Assembly (NCBI RefSeq): GCF_963921235.1
Contig: NC_086109.1
Coordinates: 32,242,001 to 32,306,000, forward strand
Reading direction: 5' to 3'
DNA from: Mobula hypostoma
Lineage: Eukaryota
DNA: 64,000 bases
Shown: positions 39,136 to 50,445 of the stretch, one piece after another
Numbering within the stretch: the stretch's first letter is position 1
Layout: each line of letters starts with the position of its first letter
The notes under the pieces: generated by a model
Databases searched by the model: none
Seen by the model: the letters and a program-made list of their open reading frames with translations, nothing else
What the model was told of the DNA's origin: nothing
Position numbers and translations under genes: made by a program

Positions 39136-39210
39136 CTGAAAATAAAGTAGGCATTCTCAGCATTACAAATATTGCCAATTGTATTCTAAAAATGGTTTTA
39201 CAATTATAAA

Positions 39211-39310
39211 CAACACACACAAAACGCTGGTGGAACGCAGCAGGCCAGGCAGTTCTATGAACATTTTGTGTGTGTTGCTTGAATTTCCAGCACCTGCAGA
39301 TTTCCTCATG
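39211..39310. mobile_element. 100-bp miniature inverted Penelope-like insert
   Basis: Only the two opposed pLTR ends remain. Perfect 14-bp TSD TTTACAATTATAAA at 39197-39210 and 39311-39324. Confidence 0.85.
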
Positions 39311-39980
39311 TTTACAATTATAAATTGTCTTTTATGATGATCAACCATGTGAAGATCATCCAATGACTTCCTCATTATATGTTTTTGTTTAAAGCTTTAT
39401 TATTAAAAGCTATGATAGTTTAAGCAATTGACCATTAAAATAGAAGTTTTTAATTGTTTCTGAAATTACACTATTTAAGTCTTATAGTTTAAAAGCTTGC
39501 AAAAGTGAGCGAAATAGTAGTTTGAATCTTGACTGGTACAAGATTGTTATATAATTGTGGAATACCATCAACGGCAGGAATAAACATGTAAAGATAATTG
39601 ATGAAAGCAGTGTCCTCAGTGCACATGTATAATTCTTGGTACATCAAACAATATGTTGCAAAGATCACAAAGGAAACAAGTATTTTTAAAACAGTTTCAA
39701 GTAGATGTAATTCCATAGTGCAAAGTGACTCCCAATTTGGAGATTGTATCCACTCATGCAGTGTTTAATCACTCCCTGTTGTGGGAGAGAATGCTCTATA
39801 AAGAGCAATTTCCTAAGTCTAGCAAAAACTTGAACTTCTAAAAACATCCAAAATGCAGGTACAATGAAAACAAAGTAGGACACAGCTTGTCCTAACAAGA
39901 GTTATGCTAAACCTTATAAAATACTGATTAGGCTTTAATTAGAGGACCTCATTCAATTCTGGCATCATATTTATTAAAGA

Positions 39981-41038
39981 CTAGACAACGGGGTGACCCG
40001 TTGGGGCACCCTTTGAGAGGAGGATAGTGCAATCTGATGTGACCAGAATGAACATTAAATTTTCCTGCATGCTATTGGTATTGCTTTGGAAACTGAAGTA
40101 GAAAACCTCAGTTTATTAAAGAAGAATGACACGTAGCAAAGCAAATATAGCTCCTCCTCGTTTAACAAAGGACACTTTTGATGGCATCATTTCTGGTTTA
40201 TCTGCCACCCTTGTGCCTCTCATTGTCATTCTGGAGATGTGCAGTCCTTTCATCCCCCATCTTTTCATCTCTTGTGCTGTTTGTTGTCTCTGATCCTGGA
40301 GATGTGCATGCCTCTCCTCCTCCGTCTCTTCTTCTCTCATTTTTTTTGTCCTGTTTGATCCTGGAGCTGTGCGGCCTTGGCCTCATCCGAGTCTTGTTCT
40401 CTCCCTCTCCTTGCCGCTTCCCAACGACTTCTGGCGTTGTCTCTTAACCATAATGTCCCCCTTCCCTTTCCACGCGGCATAATTAGGCTGACCATTTTTT
40501 TTTTACCCTAATGCTGGATAGAAGATACGAAGCACTAACAGCAAAAGATGCTGATTATTCTTGATGATGTGGTTGGCGCTTTCCTAAATGGATGTGATAT
40601 AGTCACCACTGTCCTTTGACTGCAGCAAAGGATTTTATGGGTGTCTCGGAGTACGTCATTACAATAAGATTTAATTATCTGTTATTGATGGGTGGCAATT
40701 AGATCTGTCCCAATCCTGCACATGCTGATGGTGATTAACGAAATAGAGCTGCCCTGCCCTTTTGTTCCAGTAGGTGTCGCTGCTGAGGCGGGCCGTGCGC
40801 ATGCGTCGGGCTGTCGCATCCCGATTTCCATGATGGCCGATCGGGTCTCGGGCGAAAGTCAGCCTGTTGATTATTGCGAATGAGCAATTTTATACGAATA
40901 TATAACCCTGAACTTTGCCTGCATTCTGTAAGCAGATTTTAATTCGATTTAGCCAAAAAGTGCCGCTGTAATGCACCGTTTGCACTAATTGGAGGTCACA
41001 AACAGACAAACAGAGCATGAGTTTCAGTAGTATATAGA
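39981..41038 (-). mobile_element. Non-autonomous Helitron
   Basis: 5' TCTATATACTAC followed by a (GTTT/GTCT) microsatellite. 3' hairpin CAACGGG-N4-CCCGTTG then CTAG. Inserted between A and T with no TSD. The flanks rejoin as a CR1 remnant (...aaaga|tgttgtg..., K-D-V). Confidence 0.88.
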
Positions 41039-41496
41039 TGTTGTGGTCTTTTAGAGGGTGCTCAAACTTCCTAGAATTTACATATGTTAATTCTAGATCA
41101 TATTACACAACATCCTTCAACCGTGAACAAGACACAAGTTGGGAATATGCTGTAATACTGTCCATCTGCTAAAAACACTAGCATGTCCCCAGCATCCTCA
41201 GAGTAATTCACTTGATTACTACCATAAAACTCACTCCATGTCACAATGACCCTGTGGCTGTACTTAACACTATCTACAAAATCACTACAGCAATTCATTA
41301 AGGCTTCTTTTAAGTACAGGGATCACCATCTTAACATTCAAAATGGTGCCAGAGCATTGCAACTCATTGCAAGTTGCTCTCTACAAATCTATTCTAACTT
41401 ACCAGTGAACCCCTCTGTCGGAGAACATTCTGACCTGAAATTTGTATCAAAGTCCTATAACTCTTTACAAAACAATAAGACCAATTTTGCTAGTGC

Positions 41497-41752
41497 TACC
41501 TGGTAGCATAATGGTTAGCACAACACAATTACAGCCCAAGGCCCAGAATTCAGAGTTCATTTCCAGCATCATCTGTAAGGTATCTGTATGCCCTCCCCAT
41601 GGAATGCTTGGGTTTTCTCCAGGTGTACCGGTTCCCTCCCACATTCCAAAAACGAACCGGTATGTAGGTGAATTGGTCATTAATCAGGGATTGCTCAGTG
41701 GCATGGCTCAAAGGGTTGTAAGGCCCCATTCAGCGCTGTATCTCAATAAATA
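41497..41752 (+). mobile_element. tRNA-derived V-SINE
   Basis: A box TAGCATAATGG (41504), degenerate B box GAGTTCATTTCC, V-domain GGGTTTTCTCCAGGTGTACCGGTTCCCTCCCACATTCCAAA, LINE-like tail gctgtatctcaataaa. Confidence 0.8.
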
Positions 41753-42009
41753 TTAATCAACTGTTTGCATTTTAAAAGAATGGCACCTGAATGAGTGAAT
41801 TCAATCATGTGGCTACTGGAAAACCTAGGACTGTGTTCCTTGTATCAGAGATTTCTGAGTTTTAGCATTACACAATTTAGTCACTTGCAAAACAAAAGGC
41901 AGATTCAGATTCTAATTCTGATTAATTTGACTACTAAGCCTACTTACATTACTATATTGGCCACTAAAGATAATGTTCATCCAATACCTTCTTCAGTACA
42001 CTCCAATAG

Positions 42010-42190
42010 CTACAGAAAAAAGTAAACAGTCAACATTTTGGGCCAAGACCCTGAATCCAGAAGAAGGGTCTCATCCCAAAACAGCAACTGTCTATTCTTT
42101 TCCATAGATGCTACATGACCTGCTGACTTCCTCCAGCATTTGGTGTGTATTTCTTTGAATTTCCAGCATCTGCAGATTTTCTTGTGTTTG
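42010..42190. mobile_element. Short inverted Penelope-like pLTR remnant
   Basis: acagtcaacattttgggccaagaccct / agggtctcatcccaaaacagcaactgt fold-back, then tail tttccagcatctgcagattttc. Confidence 0.7.
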
Positions 42191-42504
42191 CTGCATTATC
42201 TATTACACTTTTAGGTCATGCAGATACTTCGTCTTTAACAGAACCTGCCATTCTTCTAACGCTGATCTCCAGTTTACACATTCTTTTCTCTCTGGCACCC
42301 ATGTGTGTCACCTTTCTTTTCCCCTCTTCCATCCCCTTTCTCCCACACCCCCTCCCCACCAACCTCCATCCAGTTCATAGCTATATCTTCCTCCTCATCC
42401 TTCAGTAAACTTATTTAATCCTGCCATCAAGAACTCCAAGGCAGATAAGGCTTTTTTCTTAAAACTCCTTTTTACAGTTTGACAGAAATTAATGATTATA
42501 CGTA

Positions 42505-44128
42505 CAGTGGCATGCAAAAGTTTGGGCATCTCTGGTCAAAATTTCTGTTGCTGTGAATGGCTAAGCAAGTAAAAGATGACCTGATTTCCAACAGGCATAA
42601 AGTTAAAGATGACACATTTCTTTAATATTTTAAGCAAGGTTACTTTTTTATTTCCATCTTTTATAGTTTCAAAATAACAAAAATGGAAAAGGACCCAAAG
42701 CAAAAGTTTGGGCACCCTGCACGGTCAGTACTTAGTAACACCCCCTTTGGCAAGTATCACAGCTTGTAAATGCTTTCTGTAGCCAGCTAAAAGTCTTTCA
42801 ATTCTTGTTTGGGGGACTTTCACCCATTCTTCCTTGCAAAAGGCTTCTACTTCTGTGAGATTCTTGGGCCGTCTTGCATGCACTGCTCTTTTGAGGTCTA
42901 TCCACAGATTTTTGATGATGTTTACGTTGGGGGACTGTGAGGGCCATGGCAAAACCTCCAGCTTGCGCCTCTTGAGGTAGTCCACTGTGGAGTTTGAGGT
43001 GTGCTTTGGATCATTATCCTGTTGTAGAAGCCATCCTTTTTTCATCTTCAACTTTTTACAGACGGTGTGATGTTTGCTTCCAGAATTTGCTGATATTTAA
43101 TTGAATTCATTCTTCCCTCTACCAGTGCAATGCTCCCCGTACCACTGGCTGCAACATAAGCCCAAAACATGATCGATCCCCCCACCGTGCTTAACAATTG
43201 GAGAGGTGTTCTTTTCATGAAATTCTGCACCCATTTTTCTCCAAACATACCTTTGCTCATTGAGGCCAAAAAGTTCTATTTTAACTTCATCAGTCCACAG
43301 AACTTGTTTCCAAAATACATCAGGCTTGTTTAGATGTTCCTTTGCAAACTTCTGACGCTGAATTTTGTGGTGAGGATGCAGGAAAGGTTTTCTTCTGATG
43401 AGTCTTCCATGAAGGTCATATTTGTGCAGGTGTCACTGCACAGCAGAACAGTACACCATCACTTCAGAGTCTGCTAAATCTTCCTGAAGGTCTTTTGCAG
43501 TCAAACAGGGGTTTTGATTTGCTTTTCTAGCAATCCTATGAGCGGTTCTCTCTGAAAGTTTTCTTAGTCTTCCAGACCTCAACTTGACCTCCACTGTTCC
43601 TGTTAACTGCCATTTCTTAATTACATTACGAACTGAGGAAACGGCTACCTGAAAACGCTTTGCTATCTTCATATAGCCTTCTCCTGCTTTGTGGGCATCA
43701 TTTATTTTAATTTTCAGAGTGCTAGGCAGCTGCTTAAAGGAGCCCATGGCTGCTGATTGCTGGGACAAGGTTTAAGGAGTCAGGGTATTTATAAAGCTTT
43801 GAAATTTGCATCACCTGGCCTTTCCTAATGATGACTGTGAACAAACCATACCGTTAACAAGCAAATTAAGTTCTGAGACCTAAGTAAAAGTTATCTGAGA
43901 GCTCAAATCTCTTGGGGTGCCCAAACTTTTGCATGGCGCTCCTTTCCTTTTTTTTCCACCCTAAAATTGTACAAAACAAAAATAATACACTAATCTCGTT
44001 TAAAATGTTGAAAAGAATGTTTCATCTTTAATTTTATGACTTTTGGAGATCAGTTCATCTTCTACTCACCTAACTATTCACAGTAACAGAAATTTTGACC
44101 GGGGTGCCCAAACTTCTGCATGCCACTG
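42505..44128 (-). mobile_element. Full-length (1624 bp) Tc1 IR/DR-type transposon
   Basis: TA TSD on both sides. About 213-bp inverted repeats, each with outer and inner GCAAAAGTTTGGGCACCC-like direct repeats (inner copies at 42700-42717 and 43915-43932). Confidence 0.95.
42725..43747 (-). pseudogene. Tc1 DD34E transposase pseudogene (340 codons plus stop)
   Basis: MGSFKQLPSTLKIKI...VLWTDEVKIELFG...QQDNDPKHT...WPSQSPNVNIIKNLW...GGVTKY*. One internal TGA (43435-43433), two compensating frameshifts, catalytic E read as K. Confidence 0.92.
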
Positions 44129-45191
44129 TATGTTCCTAAGAGTTACAATCTGGCAAAATTCCACCAACAGCTGAAAGAAGACTGTAACTGATGTTAGACT
44201 TATGTTTCGAAATGTAAATATTGATTATGTGACCCCAGTACTTAATTGTTTTCAACATTTTGAACAGTTTGAGTTGAACTCAGTTCCCTGCAAGTTAATC
44301 ATTTTATATCCATAGTGCTGAATATATACCACATACAGCACAGAATATGATGCAGGAGACATGGTTACCTTACATACCATAGCTTTGACAAATTGCAATC
44401 CAAATGTTAAATTTACCCAAGTACAAGAAAACTACAAAAATGAAAACATCAAGGGCTTTCTGAAGGTAAATAATCAGCATCAATTAAATCACTTAGTTTA
44501 TTGATGGTCTACTCAGCTGATCAGATGAAGCACACTTCAAAATGGTTCATTTGCTCTTGTTAATTAGTGCAGACTACCTCATAAATCAAAATAAGCAACC
44601 CACCCTTCAGCACCATTCAAGTAATTAAGTTAAGAACTTCTGGTCATTATAGTGTTCTATCTATAATAACCCAAAAAGTCCATAAAATTTTGAAAATACA
44701 TGTGTATTAAAAGAATTGCTACAAATGCATAAATTCTCATAAAAGGAAAGACTGACATCCAACACAAAAGCAAAGAAGTTCACTGACATTATAAGATAAT
44801 ACATCATTTCAAGTTACTTAACACAAAGCAAAATTTACACACAGGAGACCAAGACATGTACTCCATGAATGCCACATTGCATATATAATAGTAAATGTCT
44901 TGTGCCTGCAATTTTTTTGTGTGTGGCTTGTATTTTAGTGCTGTGTTTTTACATCCCTGGGAATTATGAACAGGAACAGTTTGTGCTGTGGTAGTTTCAA
45001 GGGCATAATGAGAACTCATAAACCATATCCATAAATTGATGTTTAGTGATTTCAAGAAACTCATCCATGCCATGATTAATTCTTCACTTCAAGGCCAATT
45101 GCTTTAACTTTGCATCTGACAACAGTATTACAAAGAAGACAAAACTAGAATAGAGTTGTTTTATGTTGGAGCCAGTGTTCACACACATAAG

Positions 45192-46514
45192 CAGACATCC
45201 CACCCTGCAAAAACTCATTTCAGGGAGGTAGAACCCCCACCACCCCCCCCACCCCGGCAACACCATATCCACTCCCACCCCACCCGTCGACCTCCAAAGG
45301 GTGTATGTAATACTTGGTTTAGTGATTTTGTCTAATCTGTAAACCAAGTTGGGTATATGCAGCAAATGTGACATTAAAATATGTGCTTATATTATATTAT
45401 CATGTTTATTCTATTACAACTTTAAGCAAGTCTACAGGGAGTTCGGCCTCATCACGTAGGACATCAATAGCAGAGCTCCTTAGCAGCTAGCCAGCTAATT
45501 TAAATAACATTAGCTATGCTGTAATGACACCTGTTAAACTCACCTCAACATGTCTTTTACATTTTAACCCACCACTGGCAATAGAAAAGTCACTGTTGCA
45601 AACAGTGCAGCCAGCAACACGGTCATTATTTTTGAGGTCAACTGTAAAACCCGCCCACAGAGAAAACTGATAGGTCTACTTAGCAGGGGTCCCCAACATT
45701 TTTTGCACTGCAGACCGGTTTAATATTGACAATATTCTTGCGAACCGGCCGACGCGGGGGGGAGTTAATCACGACCGGAATATAGGTGGTAAGTCAATAG
45801 CATTATAACATTTTAAGTAACGTTTGGATATTAAACATACAGCGCATATTTTCCCCGTATGAACATATAAAATCATTGCAACACACCAATATCGCTGAAT
45901 CAGTGCGAGCCCTGGGCTTGTTTTCCTGCAACAAGACGGTCCCATCGAGGGGTAAGGGGAGACAGTGATTCTCGAAGGGGGTTCCTATATCCAGTCTATT
46001 CCGCAATTTAGTTTTCGTTGCATTCATTGCAGAAAACTCCGCTTCGCAGCAATATGATGTTGGAAATGGAAGCAACGTTTTTAGTGCTTTCGTAGCTATC
46101 TCAGGATATTTAGCCTTGACTTTGATCCAGAATGCCGGCAGAGATGTTATGTCAAACAAACTTTTCAGCCCGCCGTCATTTACAAGCTCGAGGAGTTGAT
46201 CTCCTTCCCGCGCCGACACGGATGACGCGCGGGTAATGATCTCGCGTGCGTTCAAGTTCAACAGTGCGTGACAGGGAATGAGGAAAGGTGCAAATGGCTC
46301 ATATCGTTTCATATCGCCAAATCATATTGTTTCCTCACGGCCCGGTGGTTGGGGACCACTCTTAGCACGAAGGGAGACCAATCAGGATGCTCGCTCTCCC
46401 TCACCCTCTCAAAAAAATCTATTTCCGGGACATCGTATATAATTTCCGGACGTCAGGGAGCCACTATCGATATGCGGGAGACTCCCGGATCTTCTGGGAG
46501 AGGTGGGATGTCTG
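45192..46514. mobile_element. Non-autonomous TIR element (13-bp TIR, 6-bp TSD) hosting a Charlie/Buster insertion
   Basis: CAGACATCCCACC / GGTGGGATGTCTG, with CATAAG directly repeated at 45186-45191 and 46515-46520. Confidence 0.8.
45684..46360 (-). mobile_element. Non-autonomous hAT (Charlie/Buster) with C-terminal dimerisation-domain remnant
   Basis: TIR CAGGGGTCCCCAAC / GTTGGGGACCACT. ORF SLPAFWIKVKAKYPEIATKALKTLLPFPTSYCCEAEFSAMNATKTKLRNRLD. TSD ctacttag is only partly retained on the right (cttag). Confidence 0.9.
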
Positions 46515-46739
46515 CATAAGTCAACCAAGTTAATGATGCTGACAACATGACTCCACAACTGCTGCCCAGGGCCTAGGAATACATCATTTTTACACCAGGA
46601 ATTTTGACCACAATAAAACGAGCTATAATCTTGAGAGCCAACATAGATAGCATGCAACTCAGTGCAAACGTTCATCCTATACAAGATTTTCCTAACTATA
46701 TCTCTTAAAAATATTATTGTGCTTCCTAAGTATAAGCCT

Positions 46740-48076
46740 TATGTCTGTGGTGGAAAAACTGTTGGAAAAGTAGAGATAGGATCTATGGGCATTTAGAGAA
46801 TCATGGTCTGATCAGGGACAGTCTGCATGGCTTTGTGAAAGGCAGATTGTGTCTAACAAGCCTGATAGAGTTCTTTGAGGAGGTGACCAAGCATATAGAT
46901 CAGGGTCGTGCAGTGGATGTGATCTATATGGATTTTAGTAAGGCATTTGACAAGGTTCCACACGGTAGGCTTATTCAGAAAGTCAGAAGGCATGGGATCC
47001 AGGGAAGTCTGGCCAGGTGGATTTAGAATAGGCTTGCCTGCAGAAGGCAGAGGGTCGTGGTGGAGGGAGTACATTCAGATTGGAGGATTGTGACTAGTGG
47101 TGTCTCACAAGGATCTGTTCTGGGACCTCTACATTTCGTGATTTTTTATTAACGACCTGGATGTGGGGTTAGAAGGGTGGGTTGGCAAGTTTGCAGATGA
47201 CACAAAGGTTGGTGGTGTTGTAGATTAGTGTAAAGGATTGTCAAAGATTGCAGAGAGACATTGATAGGATGCAGAACTGGGCTGAGAAGTGGCAGATGGA
47301 ATTCAACCCGGAGGAGTATGAGGTGGTACACTTTGGAAGGACAAACCCCAAGGCAGAGTACAAAGAAATGGCAGGATACGGTACTGTGGAGGAGCGGAGG
47401 GATCTGGAATACATGTCCACAGATCCCTGAAAGTTGTCTCACAGGTAGATAGGGCAGTTAAGAAAGCTTATGGGGTGTTAGTCTTCATAAGTCGAGGGAT
47501 ACAGTTTAAGAGTTGCGAGGTAATGATGCAGCTCTATAAAACTCTGGTTAGGCCACACTTGGAGTACTGTGTCCAGTTCTGGTCACCTCACTATAGGAAG
47601 GATGTGGAAGCATTGGAAAGGTTACAGAGGAGACTTACCAGGATGATGCCTGGTTTAGAGAGTATGCATCATGATCAGAGATTAAGGGAGCTAGGGCTTT
47701 ACTCTTTGGAGAGGAGGAGGATGAGAGGAGACATGATAGAGGTATACAAGATATTAAGAGGAATAAATAGCATGGACAGCCAGCACCTCTTCCCCAGGGC
47801 ACCACTGCTCATTACAAGAGGATATGGCTTTAAGGTAAGGGGTGGGACGTTCAAGGGGGATATTAGAGGAAGGTTTTTTTTACTCAGAGAGTGGTTGGTG
47901 CGTGAAATGCACTGCCTGAGTTAGTGGTGGAGGCAGATACACTAGTGAAATTTAAGAGACTACTAGACAGGTATATGGAGGAATTTAAGGTGGGGGTTAT
48001 ATGGGAGGCAGGGTTTAAGGGTCGGCACAACATTGTGGGCCGAAGGGCCTGTAATGCTGTACTATTCTATGTTCTA
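46740..48076 (+). mobile_element. CR1 LINE 3' part (RT to tail)
   Basis: AVDVIYMDFSKAFDKVPH, KFADDTK, RPHLEYCVQFWSPHYRKDV. Tail tattctatgttcta. Confidence 0.93.
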
Positions 48077-49560
48077 TATATAATGTTTGCTATTTAACTA
48101 CTTTGTATCAGTTTTCGCATCATTCACCCAATTCATTCTAAAATTAAATTTAACATTTCAAGTAGAAAAGTGGCTTATCTCGAGGTGGCAACATCCATCA
48201 CATTCTCCTTTCTTCTAATGCATACCTAGTTCTCATTAACAATCATTTCTTAAACTACTCTTGTTCACTGCCAAGTTCGACAAACATTTGAGCAGACTGA
48301 ACTATGAACATCATATTGGGAAAAGTTAGAAACATAGAAAACCCACAGCACAATACAGGCCCTTCAGCCCACAAAGTTGTGCCGAACGTGTCCTTATCTT
48401 AGAAATTACCTGGGGTTACCCATAGCCCTCTATTTTTCTGAGCTCCATGTACCTGTCCAGGAGTCTCTTAAAAGACCCTATCGGATCCACCTCCAACATC
48501 TTCGCCGGCAGCCCTCTGTACCTACTTCCAAGCACCTTAAAACTATGCCCTCTCATGCTAGTCATTTCAGCCCTGGGAAAAAGCCTCAGACTATCCACAC
48601 AACCAGTGCCTCTTATCATCTTATACACCTCTGTCAGGTCACCTCTCATCCTCCGTCACTGCAAGAAAAAAAGGCCGAGTTCACTCAACCTGTTCTCATA
48701 AGGCATGCTCCTCAATCCAGGCAACATCCTTGTAAATCACCCTGCACCCTCTATGGTTTCCACATCCTTCCTATAGTGAGGTGACCAGAACTGAGCACAG
48801 TACCCCAAGTGGTCTGACCAGGGTCCTATATAGCTGCAACATTACCTCTCGGCTCCTAAACTCAATCCTACAATTGATGAAGGCCAATGCACTGTATGCC
48901 TTCTTAACCAGAGTCAACCTGTGCAGCAGCTTTGAGTGTCCTATGGACTCAGACCCCAAGATCCCTCTGATCCTCCACACTGCCAAGAGTCTTACCATTA
49001 ATACTATATTCTGCCATCATATTTAACCTACCAAAATGAATCACCTCACACTTATCTGGGTTGAACTCCATCTGCCACTTCTCAGCCCAGTTTTGCATCC
49101 TATCAATGTCCCGCTGTAACCTCTGACAGCCCACCACACTACCCACAACACCTCCAACCTTTGTGTCATCAGCACATTTACTAACCCATCCCTCCACTCC
49201 CTCATCCAGATCATTTATAAAAATCACCAAGAGTGGGGGGGGGGGGGGTCCCAGAACAGATCCCTGAGGCACACCACTGGTGACCGACCTCCATGCAGAA
49301 TATGACCCATCTACAACCACCCTTTGCCTTCTGTGGGCAAGCCAGTTCTGGATCCACAAACAATGTTCCCTTGGATCCCATGCCTCCTTACTTTCTCAAT
49401 AAGCCTTGCATGGGGTACCTTGTCAAATGCCTTGCTGAAATCTATTAACACTACATCTACTGCTCTACCTTCATCAATGTGTCTTGTCACATCTTCAAAA
49501 AAATTCAATCAGGCTCATAAGGCATGACCTGCCTTTGACAAAGCCATGCTGACTATTTCT

Positions 49561-49860
49561 TTTTTTTTGGGCGTGTGCCTGCGTGCGTGCGAGTCTGTGC
49601 GTGTGTGCACTTCTGTGCATGTGCGTGCGTCCATCCGTGGTGATGGTTTTTTCATGGTTTTTACAAGGCGCGGAGCGAGAGACAGAGACTGTGTGGCCAC
49701 TCCTCACACAGACATTTTCGTAGTATTTTCCCTTTATTTTACGAGGTCGAGTTGCAATCTCAACACTCAACCCGGCATGGATGGAAAGCGTACTCGAGAG
49801 CGAACCCGACTAGTTTCGAACCCAGGTCCGGCGCTGATGTCGTTGCGCCACCAGCCGTCC
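49561..49860 (-). mobile_element. tRNA-derived SINE with poly(A) tail
   Basis: A box TGGCGCAACG, B box GGTTCGAAAC, (CGCA)n-rich 3' end then an A run. About 17-bp TSD ccatgctgactatttct (49544-49560) / ccatgctggactattcct (49861-49878). Confidence 0.85.
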
Positions 49861-50445
49861 CCATGCTGGACTATTCCTAATCATATTATACCTTTCCAAA
49901 TGTTCAAAAATCCTGCCTCTCAGGATCTTCTCCATCAACTTACCAACCACTGAAGTAAGACTCACTGGTCTATAATTTCCTGGGCTATCTCTACTCCCTT
50001 TCTTGAATAATGGAACAATATCCGCAACCCTTCAATCTTCTAAAACCTCTCCCGTCCCCACTGATGATGCAAAGATCATCGCCAGAGGCTCAGCAATCTC
50101 CTCCCTCGCCTCACACAGGTGCCTGGGGTACATTTCATCCAGTCCCGGTGACTTATCCAACTTGATGCTTTCCAAAAGCTCCAGCACATTCTCTTTCTTA
50201 ATGTCTACATTCTCAGGCTTTTCAGTCCACTACACGTCATCTCTACAATTTACGAACAAGATTCAAAGGTTCATTTATTATCAAAGTATACAAATGTGAT
50301 TCTTCTCCAATATCTACACTCACCTCTCTTTTACTCTTTATATATTCAAAAAACCTTTGGTATCATTTGGCTAGCTTACCTTCATATATTTCTTCTTTTC
50401 CCCCTTCTGTTTTTTTTAAGCTGCCTTCTGCTGATTTTTTAAAAT

